Source: Alphaproteobacteria bacterium (GTDB lineage Bacteria > Pseudomonadota > Alphaproteobacteria > MPNO01 > UBA830). Taken from it: DNA of 64,000 nt. The notes under the pieces are model-generated. The model was not told the DNA's origin. It searched no databases and saw only the letters and a list, made by a program, of their open reading frames with translations. The stretch spans positions 3,762,641 through 3,826,640 of the forward strand of contig OZ244893.1 in assembly GCA_965221485.1 (NCBI GenBank), written 5' to 3'. Every line of letters starts with the position of its first letter. The stretch's first letter is position 1. A program made the position numbers and the translations under genes. Shown one piece after another: positions 39,489-50,484 of the stretch.

Positions 39489-39982
39489 CGGTAGGACCGG
39501 ACACAACGGCTCATTTGCCCTGTGTTCGGCGGACGCTGCTACCGGCGGTTCCGTTTGAATTGGCCCCGTGCCGCAGTCTCTTCAGATACTGACTGGCCGT
39601 GCCCAGATAGTTCGCGGCAGTGGGAACGCCAAAGGCCCCATTCAGGAATCGACAGCCGTTCGGGCTCAGGCGGGTGAAGGCCGGAATGATGACGCTGGTA
39701 CCAGCCATCAGTGAGCTTTTGTCAGTCGTTGACGGTCAGGAAGAGTAAGAAAATGACGGAAGCAGCCCGGAAACTGATCCCGGCCGGAACAGCTGAAAGA
39801 ACGTCACCGATCCTCAGGAATGCCATGCCGATCACCTTGCTGTAACATGGTTGCAGGTCCCGGGCGATGGTCACATTGATGTGAGGCAATAACCCCGTCC
39901 GGATTGGGATATGAACCCCCGTTTGCTAACAACGGGTGTCACCGGTGCTGCTCGTCTGGAACATGTCGTTGGCAGACCGCTG

Positions 39983-41266
39983 TCAGTCTGAGAACGGATC
40001 CTGGATCAGGATCGTGTCGTCCCGGTCCGGACTGGTGGAAAGCAAGGTGACCGGAACGCCGACCAGCTCTTCGATCCGGCGGACATAACGGTCTGCATTG
40101 AGCGGCAGCTTGTGTCGCTCCCGGACCCGGTGGGTGCTTTCGGACCAGCCAGCCAACGTTTCGTAAACCGGTTCGACGCCCGACTGGACGCTTCGATTGG
40201 CCGGGAGATAATCATAGTCCCTGTTGTCATGGCGATAGCCCACGCAGACCTTCAATTCCCGAAATCCGTCAAGCACATCGAGTTTGGTGAGCGCAATACC
40301 ATCAATGCCGCCGGTCTGCACCGCCTGACGCACGAGAACAGCGTCAAACCAGCCGCAGCGCCTCGGCCGATGGGTCACGGTACCGAATTCATGACCCCGT
40401 TCTCCCAGGAGGCGCCCGGTTTCATTGTCCTGCTCGGTCGGAAACGGGCCCGAACCAACGCGCGTGGTATATGCCTTCGTAATGCCAAGGACGTAGTTTG
40501 TCGTTCTGACGCCTGAACCGGCCGCTGCGTGGCCGGCGACTGTGTTGGAGGAGGTCACGAACGGATAGGTTCCGTGATCAACATCGAGCATGAACCCCTG
40601 GGCGCCCTCGTACAGGATCTTTTTTCCGTTGCGATCGGCATCCGCCAGATGCCGCCAGACGGGACCTGCAAAAGGGAGAATTCGAGGGGTGATTTCGCGG
40701 AGTCGATCGAACAGGGCTTGGGGATCCGGGGCTTTCAACCCGTAGCCGGCATGCAGAGCCTTGTGGTGAGACAGCAACCGTTCGATTCGCTCATGCAGAA
40801 CATCTTCGTTCTCAAGGTCGCATACCCGTATTGCCCGCCGGCCGATCTTGTCTTCGTATGCGGGGCCGATGCCCCGGCCAGTGGTTCCAATCCTGTTGGT
40901 ACCACTGGCTTCCTCTCGCGCACGATCAAGGTCACCGTGCAAGGGCAGGATCAATGAGGCGTTTTCGGCAATGGTCAGGACATCGGGAGTGACCGGGATC
41001 CCTTGCTTCCCGACCCTCTCTATTTCCTCGAGTAACGCCCATGGGTCAATCACGACGCCATTGCCTACGAATGACTGCTTCCCTCGTACGACGCCGGAGG
41101 GTAGCAGGCTGAGCTTGTATGTTTGTCCATGAACCGAAAGCGTGTGCCCGGCATTATGACCACCCTGGAAACGGACCACGACATCCGCGCGCTCGGACAG
41201 CCAATCCACGATCTTGCCCTTGCCTTCATCACCCCATTGGGCCCCGACGACAACGACATGACTCAC
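39983..41266 (-). CDS. purA: Adenylosuccinate synthetase
   Basis: [29 protein letters not shown] start overlaps the hisZ stop. Confidence 0.97.
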   Translation of the reverse strand: MSHVVVVGAQWGDEGKGKIVDWLSERADVVVRFQGGHNAGHTLSVHGQTYKLSLLPSGVVRGKQSFVGNGVVIDPWALLEEIERVGKQGIPVTPDVLTIAENASLILPLHGDLDRAREEASGTNRIGTTGRGIGPAYEDKIGRRAIRVCDLENEDVLHERIERLLSHHKALHAGYGLKAPDPQALFDRLREITPRILPFAGPVWRHLADADRNGKKILYEGAQGFMLDVDHGTYPFVTSSNTVAGHAAAGSGVRTTNYVLGITKAYTTRVGSGPFPTEQDNETGRLLGERGHEFGTVTHRPRRCGWFDAVLVRQAVQTGGIDGIALTKLDVLDGFRELKVCVGYRHDNRDYDYLPANRSVQSGVEPVYETLAGWSESTHRVRERHKLPLNADRYVRRIEELVGVPVTLLSTSPDRDDTILIQDPFSD

Positions 41267-42453
41267 GGCTCTGACCTCGTTTCCAATTCGCAAATGCGGC
41301 CTCGATCCCAGACATGACTGCACCCCATTCGGCGTGCCTCCGCCAGGATGTCGGCAACGGGTTCAAGGTCGCCAACCGTGATCCAGCCGTCACGGCGCAA
41401 TGCATCGGCAACGCCATTGTCCGCATTGGCCGGAACAAGGATGCGTGATGGCTCTTCAGGTGCATTGAGAACCCGCAGAATGTTGTCGATATAGAGGGTG
41501 AAGCCGGTTGCGAATTCAGACCTGCGGCTTCTGTCGTCGCCAAGAAAGGCCTCATAACGGCCTCCTCCCCCGATTTCTCCCCGCTCGCCACCCGAAAAGA
41601 ACGTGAAGGCAATCCCGGTATGATACTCAAAGCCACGATTTTCCACCGGGTCTATGGTCGTTTCCAGATCCGGCAGCCGGTTGCCGAGTGCATGAAGCAC
41701 ATCGCGCATCCTGTCCAGTTCCCGCGCCGCAGCATCCGGCAGTTGCAGGTTACGGAGCGTCTCCAGAGAGCTTTGGCTGGGTCCGGTCGCATCCATCAAT
41801 TTGCAAAGTGTATCGGCGGCGTCGCCGCCATGGGCCTGAACTGCGTCGGCATCCTTCCTGTCGAGTGCATCGCGAAGAGCGGCTTGCGCTTTCACGGGAA
41901 GAGGATGGGCCTGAAGGAGCGCTGGAACCAGCGGCGGGATGGTGAGGTCGAGTGATAGCCGGGGGACCCCGATGGTCTGAAGGGACTCGGCAGCCATCTG
42001 CATGATCTCGACATCAGCATTCGCGTTCTCTGTTCCGATAAGTTCGGCTCCGACCTGACGAAACTGGCGCTCCGGACGCAGCTGTGTGCCCCGCACCCGG
42101 AGAACCTCGCCGCTGTAGCTCAGCCTGAGCGGTCGGGGCATGTCGGCGAAGCGGGTCAGGGCGATACGTGCGACCTGGGGCGTCATGTCGGCCCGTACGC
42201 CCATCATGCGTTGTGATACGGGATCCATCAACCGGAAGGTATCAGGCTGTACAGCCGCCCCTGCGCCGCTGACCAAACCGTCTTCGAACTCGACCAATGG
42301 GGGTTTTATGCGGTCATAGCCGTAACCCGCAAACGTTGCGACAAGTGTTTCGCAGACTCTGGCCTCGAAGGCAGCATTGGGCGGAAGCATGTCCCTCAGA
42401 CCGGCCGGCAGCAAGGCCCATTGTTCCAGCTCATTGACTGTATCAGCCGTCAT
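41263..42453 (-). CDS. hisZ: ATP phosphoribosyltransferase regulatory subunit
   Basis: [34 protein letters not shown]. Confidence 0.93.
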   Translation of the reverse strand: MTADTVNELEQWALLPAGLRDMLPPNAAFEARVCETLVATFAGYGYDRIKPPLVEFEDGLVSGAGAAVQPDTFRLMDPVSQRMMGVRADMTPQVARIALTRFADMPRPLRLSYSGEVLRVRGTQLRPERQFRQVGAELIGTENANADVEIMQMAAESLQTIGVPRLSLDLTIPPLVPALLQAHPLPVKAQAALRDALDRKDADAVQAHGGDAADTLCKLMDATGPSQSSLETLRNLQLPDAAARELDRMRDVLHALGNRLPDLETTIDPVENRGFEYHTGIAFTFFSGGERGEIGGGGRYEAFLGDDRSRRSEFATGFTLYIDNILRVLNAPEEPSRILVPANADNGVADALRRDGWITVGDLEPVADILAEARRMGCSHVWDRGRICELETRSEP

Positions 42454-42471
42454 GATGCATCCTGACTCGGG

Positions 42472-44049
42472 CTAGAATTGCAACGCCTTGACCTGAACGA
42501 CGTCTGGCAAATCCCGCAGCTGCTGCAGACACTCTTCAGGCATGGCTCCATCAATCTCGACAAGAGCGAGCGCATCACCACCGGGTTCGGCGCGACCCAG
42601 CTGGAACGTGGCGATGTTGATGTTGGCATCTCCGAGCAGGGTACCAAGCCGGCCAATGAAACCGGGCTTGTCACGGTTGATCACATACAGCATGTTGCGT
42701 CCCAGTTCGGCCTCGACCGAGATGGTATTGATTTCCACGATTCGCGGCCGGTCGTGGCCGAACAGGGTTCCCGCGACGCTATGGGAACGGCCTTCTGTTT
42801 CGACAGTAAGCCGGATTAACGTCTGGAACTTTCCGTCACGTTCATGCTTGACTTCGGAGACCTCGATTTCCCGTTCCCGTGCGATAATGGGTGCGTTTAC
42901 CATGTTCACGCCACTCATGAGCGGCGACAAAAGGCCTTCAAGAAAACAGCTCGTTACGGGACGGACATTGATCGATGCCGCGTTGCCCTCATATTCGACG
43001 GTTACCGACGACAGGCCGCTGTCAACCACCTGACCAATGAGGCGGCCGATCTGGCGGGCGAGATCCATATAAGGCTTGAGTCTGGGGGCGTCCTCCGCAG
43101 ACACCGATGGCATGTTGATTGCATTGATGACAGCCCCGGAATTCAGGTAGTCGGACATCTGTTCTGCTATTTGCAGAGCAACTTTTTCCTGGGCTTCGGT
43201 TGTCGAGGCACCGAGGTGAGGCGTGGCAATAACCTCTTCCATGCCGAACAGGCTGTAGTCTTCCGGCGGTTCTTCTGCATATACGTCGACGGCGAATCCG
43301 GCCACCTTGCCGGATTCAATCGCAGCCCGCATATCATCCTCCACTACAAGCTCACCGCGTGCGCAGTTCACAATCAGAACACCGTTTCGCATTCTGTCGA
43401 ACCGCTCGGCATGGAGCATGCCTCCCGTCTCCCTTGTGAGCGGTGTATGGAGTGTGATGATGTCAGAGCGGTCCAGAAGATCGTCGAGTTCGAGTTTTTC
43501 GATACCAAGTGATCTGGCCCGGTCAGGCGCCAGATAGGGATCCGAGGCGACAACCCTCATTTTCAGGCCCAAGGCACGTTCCGCCACAATCGAGCCCACA
43601 TTTCCGCATCCGACAATCCCCAGTGTCTTGCCCGTCAGCTCAACTCCCATGAACCTTGATTTTTCCCATCGACCTGCCTGGGTGGACTGATTGGCGAGAG
43701 GGATCTGCCGTGCCAGAGCGAACATCATCGCGATCGCGTGTTCGGCGGTGGTAATCGCATTGCCGAATGGTGCGTTCATTACCACGATGCCCTGTGCCGA
43801 TGCCGCGTCGATGTCAATATTGTCAACACCGATACCGGCGCGGCCGATAACCCGCAAATTTCCGGCCGCGGCCAGGACATCGGCTGTGACCTTTGTGGCT
43901 GACCTGACTGCCAGACCTTCGAACTGGCCAAGTCGGGCCGCAAGGTCGTCACGGGACAGGCCCGTTTCGACGACGGGCTCCACATCGTGCCTCCTGAAGA
44001 CTTCGACAGCCCTTGGGCTCATCTTGTCGGCGATCAGTACTCTTGCCAT
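42472..44049 (-). CDS. serA: D-3-phosphoglycerate dehydrogenase
   Basis: RAGIGVDN, TPHLGAST, C-terminal ASB and ACT domains. Confidence 0.97.
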   Translation of the reverse strand: MARVLIADKMSPRAVEVFRRHDVEPVVETGLSRDDLAARLGQFEGLAVRSATKVTADVLAAAGNLRVIGRAGIGVDNIDIDAASAQGIVVMNAPFGNAITTAEHAIAMMFALARQIPLANQSTQAGRWEKSRFMGVELTGKTLGIVGCGNVGSIVAERALGLKMRVVASDPYLAPDRARSLGIEKLELDDLLDRSDIITLHTPLTRETGGMLHAERFDRMRNGVLIVNCARGELVVEDDMRAAIESGKVAGFAVDVYAEEPPEDYSLFGMEEVIATPHLGASTTEAQEKVALQIAEQMSDYLNSGAVINAINMPSVSAEDAPRLKPYMDLARQIGRLIGQVVDSGLSSVTVEYEGNAASINVRPVTSCFLEGLLSPLMSGVNMVNAPIIAREREIEVSEVKHERDGKFQTLIRLTVETEGRSHSVAGTLFGHDRPRIVEINTISVEAELGRNMLYVINRDKPGFIGRLGTLLGDANINIATFQLGRAEPGGDALALVEIDGAMPEECLQQLRDLPDVVQVKALQF

Positions 44050-44101
44050 GAACTCATATCCCGGAATGAATCAATCAGCTGAGGTGCCTGGCGGCACGCC
44101 G

Positions 44102-45292
44102 TCAGCCATCGCCGGTTACCCTGCCCGTCATGTCTGCCTTGACCTGGCCATAGGCCCAGTCCAGCCATGGGAAAAGCGCCTCCAGATCGGCCGTCTCGAT
44201 GGTTGAACCGGCCCAGATCCGAAGCCCCGGCGGGGCGTCACGATAACCATTGATATCATGAGCGACCCCTTCCGAATCAAGCAGAGCGTCTATGCGCGAA
44301 GGAACGGAAGCTTGTGACGTCTTGTCAAGGGTGACAAACCAGGGGTCGACGATGCTCAGACACACTGATGTGGATGACCGGGTTGCGGGATCGGCCGCCA
44401 GAAAATCGACCCAGTCGCGTTCAGCTACCCAATTGGCGATGGCGTCAAGATTGGTTTCGCTGCGGTCAACTAGTGCCGGCATGCCCCCGAGGGACTCGGC
44501 CCAGGAAAGGCCATCGAGAGCATCCTCGACACAGAGCATGGATGGTGTATTGATCGTGTTTCCCGAAAACAGGCCTTCGTTCAGCTTGCCTCCTGCGGTC
44601 ATTCGAAAAACCTTTGGCACTGGCCAGGCCGGGACATGGCTTTCAAGACGGGAAACGGCCCGGGGAGAAAGGGCGATCATGCCGTGCGCAGCTTCGCCGC
44701 CCATGACCTTTTGCCAGGACCATGTTGCGACATCCAGCTTGTCCCACGGAAGGGTCATCGCAAACACCGCCGAGGTCGCATCACAGATCGTGAGTCCTTC
44801 CCTGTCATCCGGTATCCAGGATCCGTTCGGGATCCGGACTCCCGATGTCGTACCGTTCCATGTGAAGACGGTATCCCTTGTCGGATCCCATTGTCGGAGA
44901 TCCGGAAGCTCTCCGTAATCGCTTTTAAAGGTCCTGACATCTCCGATCCGGAGCTGTCCGACAACATCGGCGACCCATTGCAGACCGAAGCTCTCCCAGG
45001 CAAACAGATCAACGCCGCGGGCGCCGAGCAGAGACCACAAGGCCATCTCGATGGCACCGGTATCGGAGGCCGGCACGATTCCCAGACGATAGTCCCGCGG
45101 CAGTTCCAGAAGTTGGCGTGACCGGGCAATGACATCGGCAAGCCGCGCCTTGCCCGGGATTGAGCGATGGGAGCGCCCGACCAGGGCACCGGCGATCGCG
45201 TCCGCAGACCAGCCCGGTCTCTTGGCACAGGGGCCGGAAGAAAAACAGGGATTGTCCGGACGCCGCTCGGGTCGCTTGCTGATGAGGGTCAT
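44102..45292 (-). CDS. serC: Phosphoserine aminotransferase
   Basis: [18 protein letters not shown] lysine, TINTPS; start ATG 45292. Confidence 0.95.
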   Translation of the reverse strand: MTLISKRPERRPDNPCFSSGPCAKRPGWSADAIAGALVGRSHRSIPGKARLADVIARSRQLLELPRDYRLGIVPASDTGAIEMALWSLLGARGVDLFAWESFGLQWVADVVGQLRIGDVRTFKSDYGELPDLRQWDPTRDTVFTWNGTTSGVRIPNGSWIPDDREGLTICDATSAVFAMTLPWDKLDVATWSWQKVMGGEAAHGMIALSPRAVSRLESHVPAWPVPKVFRMTAGGKLNEGLFSGNTINTPSMLCVEDALDGLSWAESLGGMPALVDRSETNLDAIANWVAERDWVDFLAADPATRSSTSVCLSIVDPWFVTLDKTSQASVPSRIDALLDSEGVAHDINGYRDAPPGLRIWAGSTIETADLEALFPWLDWAYGQVKADMTGRVTGDG

Positions 45293-45379
45293 GTCAGACT
45301 CGGGTCGTGTGAAGGCTCGCTTTCCCGGAGGATCAGGAACCGCGTGCAATCTAGGCGGGACAGCGCAAAACACAACGAC

Positions 45380-45871
45380 TCATTTCGACCCGACATCCTG
45401 AAGGGAAACGATCGGTGCGACCCCGTACTTGCTGTGATAGGCGGTGCGCAGCGCGGCTTCGCTTATGCCATCGATGAAATGATAGGCGGGTGACAGAACC
45501 GGGCTGGCCGAAACGACCCGGATCAGAACGGCGTCATGAACAGGGATCGCGTCACCATGCTCGACACGGACAGCACTTCGAAGTTGATCATTCAGGGCTG
45601 TTCCGGCGCCATGGACCTCGGCCAGACCGGAGAAGCGGTATCCGCGTCGCGAGAAAATGTCGACACAGTTGACCTCGATCCGGGGATCCCGGTGCAGGTT
45701 GCCAATGGTGTTGGGTGACGCAATGTTTGCGAACAGCAGATGATTTTCGTCATGGACCCTGAGGGAGCTTTTGGGTGAGAGATTAGGACTCCCGTCTTCG
45801 TTTATCGTTGCAACGAAGCACAACATCGTGTCGGCGACGACGGTCTTCATGTCATCGGTCAGGATTCCCAT
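45380..45871 (-). CDS. Pyridoxamine 5'-phosphate oxidase-like FMN-binding protein
   Basis: FVAT...DGSPNLSPK, TIGNL, RRGYRFSG. Confidence 0.85.
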   Translation of the reverse strand: MGILTDDMKTVVADTMLCFVATINEDGSPNLSPKSSLRVHDENHLLFANIASPNTIGNLHRDPRIEVNCVDIFSRRGYRFSGLAEVHGAGTALNDQLRSAVRVEHGDAIPVHDAVLIRVVSASPVLSPAYHFIDGISEAALRTAYHSKYGVAPIVSLQDVGSK

Positions 45872-45944
45872 GAAAGTGGTTCCCTTTCAGTGAGTTTACA
45901 GGGCGGCTGAATGTCTTCGGCAAGGAGCCTATAGTAGTCCGATC

Positions 45945-46622
45945 ATGAAGGAACAGCCTCATATTCTTGTGATCGACGATGACACACGGCTTCGCGATCT
46001 CCTCCGTCAGTTTCTCGGAATGAACGGTTTCCGGGTGACGACAGCTGCGGATACGACCGAAGCGCGAGCCAAGATGCTCAGTTTGCTTTTCGACCTTCTT
46101 GTCGTTGACGTCATGATGCCGGGTGAGGACGGCCTTGCCTTTACGGAATTCGTGCGGCGCCGGTCTCGGGTGCCCATACTCCTGCTGACGGCAATGGGAG
46201 AGCCCGACGAACGCATTCGCGGTCTGGAATGCGGGGCTGACGATTACCTGGCCAAGCCATTCGAGCCAAGGGAACTTTATCTTCGCATCGAATCGATATT
46301 GCGCCGTACCGGCGATCGAAACCAGATCGATCTCGTACGGTTCGGCGACTGTGTTTACAATTTCGCCCGTGGTGAACTCCGGCGCGACGGAAATATAATT
46401 GGCCTCACGACCATCGAAACTGTGCTCCTGTCGACGCTGGCAAGAAATTCCGGTGCCACTTTTACTCGCGAGGAACTGAAGAAAACATGCCGCATCGACG
46501 GAACCGAGCGGGCGGTGGATGTCCAGATTACACGTCTGCGCAGAAAAATAGAAAAAAGGCCTGGCGAACCGAGTTACCTGAGGACGGTTCGTGGCCAGGG
46601 ATATGTGCTTTATGCTGACTGA
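45945..46622 (+). CDS. OmpR family response regulator
   Basis: REC domain (DDD, DVMMPG, KPF) plus winged helix (RAVDVQITRLRRK). Confidence 0.95.
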   Translation: MKEQPHILVIDDDTRLRDLLRQFLGMNGFRVTTAADTTEARAKMLSLLFDLLVVDVMMPGEDGLAFTEFVRRRSRVPILLLTAMGEPDERIRGLECGADDYLAKPFEPRELYLRIESILRRTGDRNQIDLVRFGDCVYNFARGELRRDGNIIGLTTIETVLLSTLARNSGATFTREELKKTCRIDGTERAVDVQITRLRRKIEKRPGEPSYLRTVRGQGYVLYAD

Positions 46623-46637
46623 AGCGGCCGCTGACTG

Positions 46638-47972
46638 ATGTCTGCAATGCGGTCCAGGCCCTCCATAGGGGTGCGGCGATACCTGCCAAAAACGTTCTTC
46701 GGGCGTTCCGTGCTGATCATCGTCATGCCGCTCATTCTCCTGCAGGCGGTTTCCACCTGGATCTTCTATGATCGTCACTGGAATTCGGTAACGCGACGCC
46801 TCGCTGGTGCAGTGGCCGGAGAAATCGACCTGATTATCAACGCTCGCGACCGGTATCAGAACCGCGCCGCTGCCCGGGAAATTCTGGATTCTGCAGACAA
46901 GCTGGGCCTCAGCATCCGTTTCCTGGAGGGTGAAACCCTGTCTTCTGTTTCGTCCGGGGCCGGCAGCGGTATTCTGGAAACGCGTCTTTCCGATGCCTTG
47001 CGCCATCAGGTGGGACGACCGTTCCGGATCGATACCTGGAGCCTCGAGAAGCGGGTTCGAATCGAAGTTCAGCTGGAAGACAGCGTCATGCGGGTCGAAC
47101 TCCCCCGAAAGCGATTGTTCAGCTCGACGACCTATATTTTCGTCATGTGGATGGTTGGTACATCGCTTTTGCTCATCGTGGCCGCCACGTGGTTCATGCG
47201 CAACCAGGTTCGACCGATTCGCCGACTGGCTCATGCCGTGGACAGATTTGGAAAAGGCCGGGATACACCGGACTTCCGCCCCGAAGGGGCCACAGAAATT
47301 CGCCTTGCTGCGATCGCATTTGATCGGATGCGCCAACGAATCCAGAACATGTTGACGCAGCGAACCGAGATGCTCACCAGTGTATCCCATGATCTCCGGA
47401 CTCCGCTGACCCGCATGAAACTTCAGTTGGAGATGCTCGAACCTTCGGACGCCGTGGAGGCGCTCAAGGGGGATGTCCAGGAAATGCAGGCGCTCGTCGA
47501 GGAATTCCTGGCTTTCAGCCGCGGTGAGGGAACCGAGGAAATGACAGAGGTCGATGCCGGCGAGATTGTTCGTTCACTGGTCGCCGCCACGAAGATGGAT
47601 GCGAACCGGCTGTCAGCAGAGATGCATGGAGACTTGAGACTGGCAGCAAAACCAAACGCCTTGCGGCGCTGCCTCACCAACCTCGTGACCAATGCACTGA
47701 CCCATGCACGAACGGTCAGGGTCGCAGTGCATCGTCGAACGACGCTGGTTCGGTTCATCGTCGATGATGATGGCCCCGGTATTCCTGAGGAAGAGCGGGA
47801 GGCCGTGTTCCGGCCATTTTATCGGCTGGATGCATCCCGCAATCCGCTGACGGGCGGCACCGGTCTCGGCCTCGCGATCGCCCGGGACATTGCGCGTGGG
47901 CATGGCGGCGACATCACTCTGACCGCATCCCCGATGGGGGGTCTCAGGGCAGAAGTCGAGATACCGGTCTGA
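46638..47972 (+). CDS. EnvZ-like sensor histidine kinase
   Basis: Two TM segments, HAMP, SHDLRTPL, DDDGPG, GTGLGL. Confidence 0.95.
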   Translation: MSAMRSRPSIGVRRYLPKTFFGRSVLIIVMPLILLQAVSTWIFYDRHWNSVTRRLAGAVAGEIDLIINARDRYQNRAAAREILDSADKLGLSIRFLEGETLSSVSSGAGSGILETRLSDALRHQVGRPFRIDTWSLEKRVRIEVQLEDSVMRVELPRKRLFSSTTYIFVMWMVGTSLLLIVAATWFMRNQVRPIRRLAHAVDRFGKGRDTPDFRPEGATEIRLAAIAFDRMRQRIQNMLTQRTEMLTSVSHDLRTPLTRMKLQLEMLEPSDAVEALKGDVQEMQALVEEFLAFSRGEGTEEMTEVDAGEIVRSLVAATKMDANRLSAEMHGDLRLAAKPNALRRCLTNLVTNALTHARTVRVAVHRRTTLVRFIVDDDGPGIPEEEREAVFRPFYRLDASRNPLTGGTGLGLAIARDIARGHGGDITLTASPMGGLRAEVEIPV

Positions 47973-48256
47973 ATACGACCCTCGAAGCCGGTGATTGTGA
48001 TGTTGCCGGGAAACCGTTCGTTCACCTAGCGATCCCGTTCCGGCTATTCGGCGGCAGGGCCCGTAATCAAACTCCGGTGTGGATGGGCGTGCTGCATGAG
48101 CGGGGCAGTCAACATCGGCAAGATTACGGCCCACCAGATCCTTCGGCCGCCCTATCGTAAACGACCTCGCAGGAACATGGCTGATCGACGCTTCCATGAA
48201 CACTAGGACGATCATGGCTGCGCCAGCGCTTCGATATTGCGGCTCAGCTATGCCGG

Positions 48257-48592
48257 TCAGAAGAGGCGGGCGCCGTTGGCTACCGGTTGGTCTGCATTGG
48301 CGAGGACGACCTCGCCGTTCTGGTCCGGAAATCCGAGAACCAGGACTTCGGACATGAACTTTCCGATCTGACGTGGGGGGAAGTTGACCACCGCGGCCAC
48401 CTGTCTGCCCGGGAGTTCACGATAGTCGTAGTGTCGGGTAATCTGGGCGGAGCTTTTCTTCTCGCCAATTTCAGAACCGAAATCTATCCACAACTTGAAT
48501 GCAGGCTTTCGCGCTTCCGGATAGGGCTCGGCCCGGATCACAGTTCCGATGCGAATATCGACTTTCAGAAAATCGTCAAACGTGATTTCCAA
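48257..48592 (-). CDS. csaA: tRNA-binding protein / chaperone CsaA
   Basis: FLKVDIRIG, SSAQIT, VNFPPRQIG; TTG start at 48592 after AGGAG. Confidence 0.92.
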   Translation of the reverse strand: MEITFDDFLKVDIRIGTVIRAEPYPEARKPAFKLWIDFGSEIGEKKSSAQITRHYDYRELPGRQVAAVVNFPPRQIGKFMSEVLVLGFPDQNGEVVLANADQPVANGARLF

Positions 48593-48635
48593 CGATCGCT
48601 CCTGACGGCGCGCCACCCCGTGATGGTCCGGACGC

Positions 48636-48674
48636 AAGAGAAAGGCGGGACCATTCTGTCGACACAGTCCCGCC
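48636..48674 (-). terminator. Terminator of the phasin gene
   Basis: Minus strand GGCGGGAC-N15-GTCCCGCC followed by TTTCTCTT. Confidence 0.55.
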
Positions 48675-48682
48675 CTGCCAGA

Positions 48683-49162
48683 TTACTGGGATGTTGCTTT
48701 CGCGATTATGGCTTCACCCTCGGCCGCGGCCTTGTTTCCGTAGGCGACCATTTCGTCCAGACCCTCTGCCCATCTCTGGGACACAATGCTGATGGCGTTG
48801 TCGGTGGTCGTTGACGCCAGCGCCTGGGTCTCGCGAACGCTGGACAGCCCGTCCTCGAACGCGGCTTTCGCGAAGGCGGCCTGCTTGGCGAGCTTTTCCT
48901 TCGGTTCGCGCGTACCAGCCATTTCCTGCACGTAGGTACCGGTCTTCTCGAACGTACCGAGCCAGAACTCGGCCTGCTTTTTGGCCATGGCCTGCCACCC
49001 TTCGACAGCAGTCTTGTTGGCCTGGTTGAGTGCTTCAATGTTTTTCTGCTGTGCAGACAGCATTGCATCAGCATCGATCTGGGGCAGCTTGAAGCCCGCC
49101 CACATCTTTGTCATGTCCCAGTTGGGATAGGCTGTTTCCGCAGTGCGATCCTTGCTGGACAT
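48683..49162 (-). CDS. phaP: Phasin (PHA granule-associated protein)
   Basis: DADAMLSAQQKNIEALNQANKTAVEGWQAMAKKQAE phasin_2 pattern; start ATG 49162. Confidence 0.85.
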   Translation of the reverse strand: MSSKDRTAETAYPNWDMTKMWAGFKLPQIDADAMLSAQQKNIEALNQANKTAVEGWQAMAKKQAEFWLGTFEKTGTYVQEMAGTREPKEKLAKQAAFAKAAFEDGLSSVRETQALASTTTDNAISIVSQRWAEGLDEMVAYGNKAAAEGEAIIAKATSQ

Positions 49163-49187
49163 TGCTCGCTCCTTCCAAATGTAATGT

Positions 49188-49257
49188 TGCACTGCACAAT
49201 ATGATCGCTGCACTGCAACATGTCAAGCGCTTTTTTACGGAAATATTTTGCACTGCA
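49188..49257 (-). promoter_or_regulatory. Phasin promoter with three PhaR-type boxes
   Basis: TGCACTGCA at 49188, 49209 and 49249; TTGACA (49221-49226)-N17-CATATT (49198-49203) on the minus strand. Confidence 0.75.
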
Positions 49258-49338
49258 ATATTTTCAGAAATGTGTCGCTGCTACCCCGTCATCACGATGA
49301 CGGCACTCCCGCGTCCTGAGGCCGCTTTCTCGGCGCTC

Positions 49339-49962
49339 CTAAGCCTCGCTCGCAATGCTGTCCCGTGATCGGGAGATCCTCGATGGACAGGATCGGACGA
49401 AAGCTTCCGCCTGTTTCAGGCGGCGGTCGAGATGAGCCATTGTGCGAGACAGATCCTCTGTCTCGTCCCTGAGCCAAACCCGCATCGCGGATGCGTAGAT
49501 CGCGGAAAGGCCCTTGATGCGAAGGAAGCCCATCGGGCCCGAAGCGCTCAGTCCCGCAGCCTCCAGCGACCAGGCCATGGTGTTCCCCATGGTGGGAGCA
49601 AGGCACAGCATAGCCATCGGATCGGTGTACATGTCGCGGGCAATGGAACGCACCGCTTCCTTGTGAGGACCCAGCGCATCAAATCGCCTGAGAAACACGT
49701 CAAGCAGGCGATCCCGTACCGGTTCATCGCGATCTTCGGGATCGTGGCCCTTGAGAACCTGTTCGTCAATTCTTCGGAAGAAGGCTTTCAACAACGCCGT
49801 GCGCGACGGGTAGAGCGCGTAGAGTCTGTCAAGTGGGATCTCGGAATGTGCGGCGATCATTTCCATGGTGACCGACCGCCAGGGGTGTTCGGCGGCGAGG
49901 GCAAGGGCGGAATCAAGAATCCGACGAGATATTGCTTCGCGTCCTGAGGGTTGTCTGGCCAT
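49339..49962 (-). CDS. TetR family transcriptional regulator
   Basis: N-terminal HTH, RDRLLDVFLRRFDAL, TMAHLDRRL. Confidence 0.85.
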   Translation of the reverse strand: MARQPSGREAISRRILDSALALAAEHPWRSVTMEMIAAHSEIPLDRLYALYPSRTALLKAFFRRIDEQVLKGHDPEDRDEPVRDRLLDVFLRRFDALGPHKEAVRSIARDMYTDPMAMLCLAPTMGNTMAWSLEAAGLSASGPMGFLRIKGLSAIYASAMRVWLRDETEDLSRTMAHLDRRLKQAEAFVRSCPSRISRSRDSIASEA

Positions 49963-50484
49963 TTTGATATTCCCTGCAAGTGCAAAAATTCAGTGTGATG
50001 ACCAATCAAGCCCGGCTTCTGCGAGCGCTCTTGCAACGCGCCACCAACAACTGAAGCTACCATTTATTTCGACCAGGGCGGCTCCTCGATTTTCAATCCG
50101 GCTTTATCTGACTTAACGATACCCGATTGAAACCAGGCCCCGCGGGCTCCGGTTTCCGATGACGCCATCCTGTAAAGCCATTGAACAGAATCTAGCGCCC
50201 TGAGGGGTTGTCGGCAAGATGATTGGTTGGGGCTTCCCTCGAAAACCGGGCCGATACGGTGCGAAATGTCCCGGGGGCTGCCGGTTCCGGGATGGTCCCT
50301 CGTCTCCGGAGAGTGTCGCCCCTATCCAGTTTTCGCCAACGCTGCTGAGCTGACTGCGGGTCCCGAAACGTCATGAGGGAGCTCCACCTGGCCCCTGCGG
50401 CCAGTACGCCTGTCCCTCTGTTCCGGTTGATTGAAACCTTGCCCTGTGCCAAGCTTCGCCAATCGTCTTCGGGAGTGCTGAACA

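Noticed and set aside
45293..45379. Alphaproteobacterial serC leader RNA motif
   Set aside because: I could not match the motif convincingly by eye; an Rfam scan is needed.
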